Source: Vicugna vicugna
Taxonomy: Eukaryota
Length of the DNA stretch: 64,000 nt
Assembly: GCA_013265495.1 (NCBI GenBank)
Contig: MU058815.1
Coordinates: 566,523-630,522 of the forward strand
Direction of reading: 5' to 3'
Shown here: piece after piece, positions 60,591-64,000 of the stretch
Layout of the letters: the number at the start of each line of letters is the position of its first letter
How positions within the stretch are numbered: the first letter of the stretch is position 1
Made by a program: the position numbers and the translations under genes
The notes under the pieces: generated by a model
What the model was told of the DNA's origin: nothing
Seen by the model: the letters and a program-made list of their open reading frames with translations, nothing else
Databases searched by the model: none

Positions 60591-62552
60591 CTCTCTTTTA
60601 ATTTGGAAATGACAGTTGCACTCCATGAATATGAAACAGTAAACCTGAGCAGGCAAAAATGAAACATTCATGTATTTCATCATGCAGTGTTTGGTTTTTT
60701 TTTTAGCAAAATGCACTTTGGAATGGGTAGAAGTGTAGGTGTGCGTCCTAACGGCTATGCTCCACGGCAGTTAGACCCTCAGTGGTAAGGTCGCAGATCG
60801 CTGAGCAGTGTTGCTTCGCACACACCAATCAGGTGTTTTTATTTCTTTCTGCTTTGTTGTCTGTTAGTGTTCACTTTATCTCTGATGGTTTGTGGTTGAG
60901 CGTCATCGAGCCGCCTCAGTGATTACAGCTCTAGACCTCCAGCCATCCCATCCATCTGTGTCCTAGACACGGTTTCTGGCATTGGATTGGAATTCAGCAA
61001 ATATTTGTCGAATAAGTGAATGACTCCCTTTCAGCTTCTCGCCAGCTCTGGTCTGGTGGTCTGCGGCTTTTCTCTCTGAGTATTGCACAGGCCCAGGTGA
61101 CAGTCTGGGGCCAGCTTGTTGCCTCAAAGCTGGCCTCTGCACCCCAGAAGATGGATTAAGACTCAGAGGCAGAGCTGGGGGAGAATCCGAGAAGAGCAGC
61201 TTGAGTGCCTGGCCAGGCAAAGGGGGGTCAGCGCGGGCTAATGCCTCAGAGGCTGTGAATCCGTCTGGGATCGGGGTCTTGAGGTTTTACAGACAAACTG
61301 GGTGGAACAGAAAAGGTGATAGCCACCGGGGCATTTTACAGGGTGCTGCATTCCCTTTAAGCTCGAGGAATCTGGGGCTCTGGAGGGTCCGTCCAGTCTT
61401 CGGAGCTTATCAGTCTGTTACCTCCTTCCCGGAGCGTAGCCCCTGGGTTCAAGCTATTCTCAGCAAAGGATGAATCAGCAAACACTTTCAGGATCAGGGA
61501 AGTCAGTGTGTGAGCTGGCTTCCTACTCCTTCAGACTGGCTGAGGTTGAAGCATCCTCCGCCCTGTGCTCTGGAAGTCACCCTCCTTCCTCACTGATGAA
61601 GAGCCCGGGTCAGGCTCAGGTGGAGGAGGGAAGGCGCACGGGAGTGTGGAGAGGACCTGGACCCCAGCGTGGGAGCATCTCCAGTCCCCTCTGCCCAGCC
61701 GGGGCCCCGGGACCCGCACGTGGGAGGGGGAAGCCAGTGTGCAGGGCATCCTGAAAGCATCCCTTCCCACCACTGCCAGTGCAGGAAATGCTCCCAGTGG
61801 ATTTGGAACCAGAAGAATAAAATCCTGCCATTTCTGTATTTTCCGAAATGAACATGTCCGGCTTTTATAAACAGAAAAACAATGATTAAAACACACCACA
61901 CACACAGCCTCCCGTAAGTCTTAGGAAAGCAGAGCTGGTGGGGAGGGTAAGAGGTGTTCGATATTTTTCTGCGTCATGTTCTTTTCAAAAGCTGTCAGAA
62001 TTTAACTCCAGGAAATGGAATGCTTTAGATTTTCGGGAATATAAAGCTCCACACATCACAAAATATTAAAATGTGCCCGACGTGTTACAAACATGGAAAT
62101 GTCTAGTCCGTGTGTCTTTGCGTGTGTGTTGTGTACGTCTAGCTGCTTCAATGGTTGATGATTCTTTGAAAGATCTTTAATGTGAATTTCATTTTGGGTT
62201 GCTTGTAATGAAGCATTTTGCCACTAGGTGGCGGTGTCGCGCAGCGCCTCGCCTGTGCTGCCCAGGCAGGACCTGGTTACATGCGTGATCGGCGGATGCC
62301 TGCTGGGCCAGCGAATGGATGACAGATGCCAACAGCGCTTAATGCCATGACTCTCGTCATCTCCTCCTCTGTCATCATTATCATCACCCAGCGAGGCTGC
62401 CCGGGGCCTCTGCGTGCAGCGGGGCGCGTTGGGCTCTCCTGGGCCTCTGCCTCCTTGGCTTCCGCCAGGCACCACTCAAAACAGTACAGATCTGACTACA
62501 ATACACCTGTTTTCAATGTATTTTTTTGAGGCTATGCCCCTGGGATCCCTCC

Positions 62553-63053
62553 TGTTGACTGAAAGAAAATGCACAGCCTGAAAGCTAGAGTTGTATTTCG
62601 TTCAGCGGACTTTCTGAGGACTCAAGCCAGAGACACAGCCTCTCGGATCGCTCGAAGTGTCCGTCCGTTCCAAGGAAGGGAGAAGCCAGGGTATGTAAGC
62701 TTTTGCAACAAGCCCAGGTATTCGGAACATCAAGATTAGTGTTAATTAAAGGAAACCAGCTATCTCAAGGTAAGGAACGTAACACTCTTCTGCCTATGGG
62801 GAGGTGCAAAGGTCTGGGCTCATTGAAATCACTCCTCTGATACGCACTTAGCTGTCCAGGGCCAGCGTCCTGCTCTTTCCCATCCCGAGCCCCCTCGGGG
62901 GCACCGCTGGGGCGGCTGCAGAGGCCGGGCTGCCTGCCTGTCCCCATCCTGAGTTCGCTCTGCTCGCTGTCTGGGGTGGCGGTAACCCCTGATGACGGGA
63001 TGGTGGCAGGATTCTTTGTTTACTGATGTGGCTGGCAGTGGTTTTCATTCACA
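62553..63053 (-). mobile_element. Full-length ERV solo LTR, same family as 3768-4278
   Basis: Reverse complement starts TGTGAATGAAAA...atcagtaaacaaag and ends ...ttcagtcaaCA, giving TG..CA termini. Confidence 0.85.
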
Positions 63054-64000
63054 GGCTGAAGTGACTGTGTTTTCTCCAGGTTCACTCTGTTATTAGCCAC
63101 ACTCGAGTGGCAGTGAATAGCTTTGAGGCGGACCGTGAGCTCCCTGTGCTGAGTCTTCAGGTGAACGCGCTGCTGTCCTGACCGCACGTCTGTCTGGGTC
63201 AGGGGGGCCTGTGGGCCTGTGAGCTGCACCCATTCGTCCCAGCCTTGTCCCCGGGCTTGCCCTGTCCCCGCTGCCCTTCAGACTTCAGGACCCAGTGCCC
63301 AACGTGGCACCCAGCCCCACCCCTCGCTGTCAGCTGGGGGCGCGGCCTGTGGAGCCACCTGAGGGCTGTCAGCTTCCAGATTCAAGAGAGAGAGGCGCTC
63401 GCTCCGTCTCAGCCCTCTGCTCTTAGGGTCTGCAAACTGCAGGAGCGCGGAGGCCCCCTAATGACCCATCTCTCTCAGTTTAGGAACCTGGGATCCCCCA
63501 AAAGGCTGGACTCCCTGGAGTTCTGCTCCTGTTGTTGGCAGAGCCTGGAGAGGCACCGGGGACCCCAGACGCCCAGGTTAGAGTTCCAGCAGAAACACCT
63601 GGGGGCCTCACCTCCCACCGCTTTCACCCGGGGGATCCGAAAATGATGCCTTGTGCTTGGGTCTGGGGCCGGCCCCGTGTGACTTCAGGAGTATTGGACA
63701 TCCTGTGGCCATGGGGCCCTGGTGGGGGAAGAAAGCACCAGAAGGCCCGTCCTCTGGAGCAGCAGGGGGACGGGTGGGGAGAGGCAGACACAGGGAGGGA
63801 GGGAGGGTTTATTATTGTGCGAGTGTGAGCAGATTTCTAAAGTCTGCTGAGAATTTCACACACACATTTGTGCAAGTAGAGGAGCAAACAGTGGAAATAT
63901 TCTTGATATTCGAGCGGTTGCTTGTCTCTGGCACACCTGTGAGTGACCCTGAGTTAATTTTGGAGGTGTGTGACCACGGTTCCAAGGGTCAGAGGCCTTG

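Noticed and set aside
3768..63053. Inverted same-family LTRs flanking the whole duplicated gene as a composite mobile unit
   Set aside because: The copies are clearly diverged from each other, share no TSD and belong to a multicopy family, so independent solo LTRs are the simpler explanation.

Overview
Mammalian genomic DNA. The SINE and L1 3'-end types suggest a camelid or other cetartiodactyl (inference). All homology calls come from my recall of the human sequences, not from a database search. At the left end are the CpG-island promoter and first coding exon of SPTLC1 (minus strand). A full-length PFN1 retrocopy with target-site duplication (TSD) is inserted about 370 bp upstream of the SPTLC1 ATG, followed by a cluster of ERV LTRs and a U1 snRNA copy. 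The main feature runs head-to-head with SPTLC1 on the plus strand: a diverged, intron-containing partial duplicate of CDC42BPA (MRCK-alpha). I could chain 16 GT-AG exons (22067-57956) into one uninterrupted frame of 738 codons plus stop, or about 751 aa with a candidate ATG exon at 16042. It encodes a degenerate distal coiled coil followed by C1, PH and CNH domains. No kinase-domain exons are visible, and the frame stops just before the CRIB motif. One of its introns holds a ~3.4 kb FGF2 processed pseudogene, which also carries the antisense NUDT6 last exon. The remainder is ordinary L1/L2/MLT/MER/SINE repeats and microsatellites, plus one 137-N gap.
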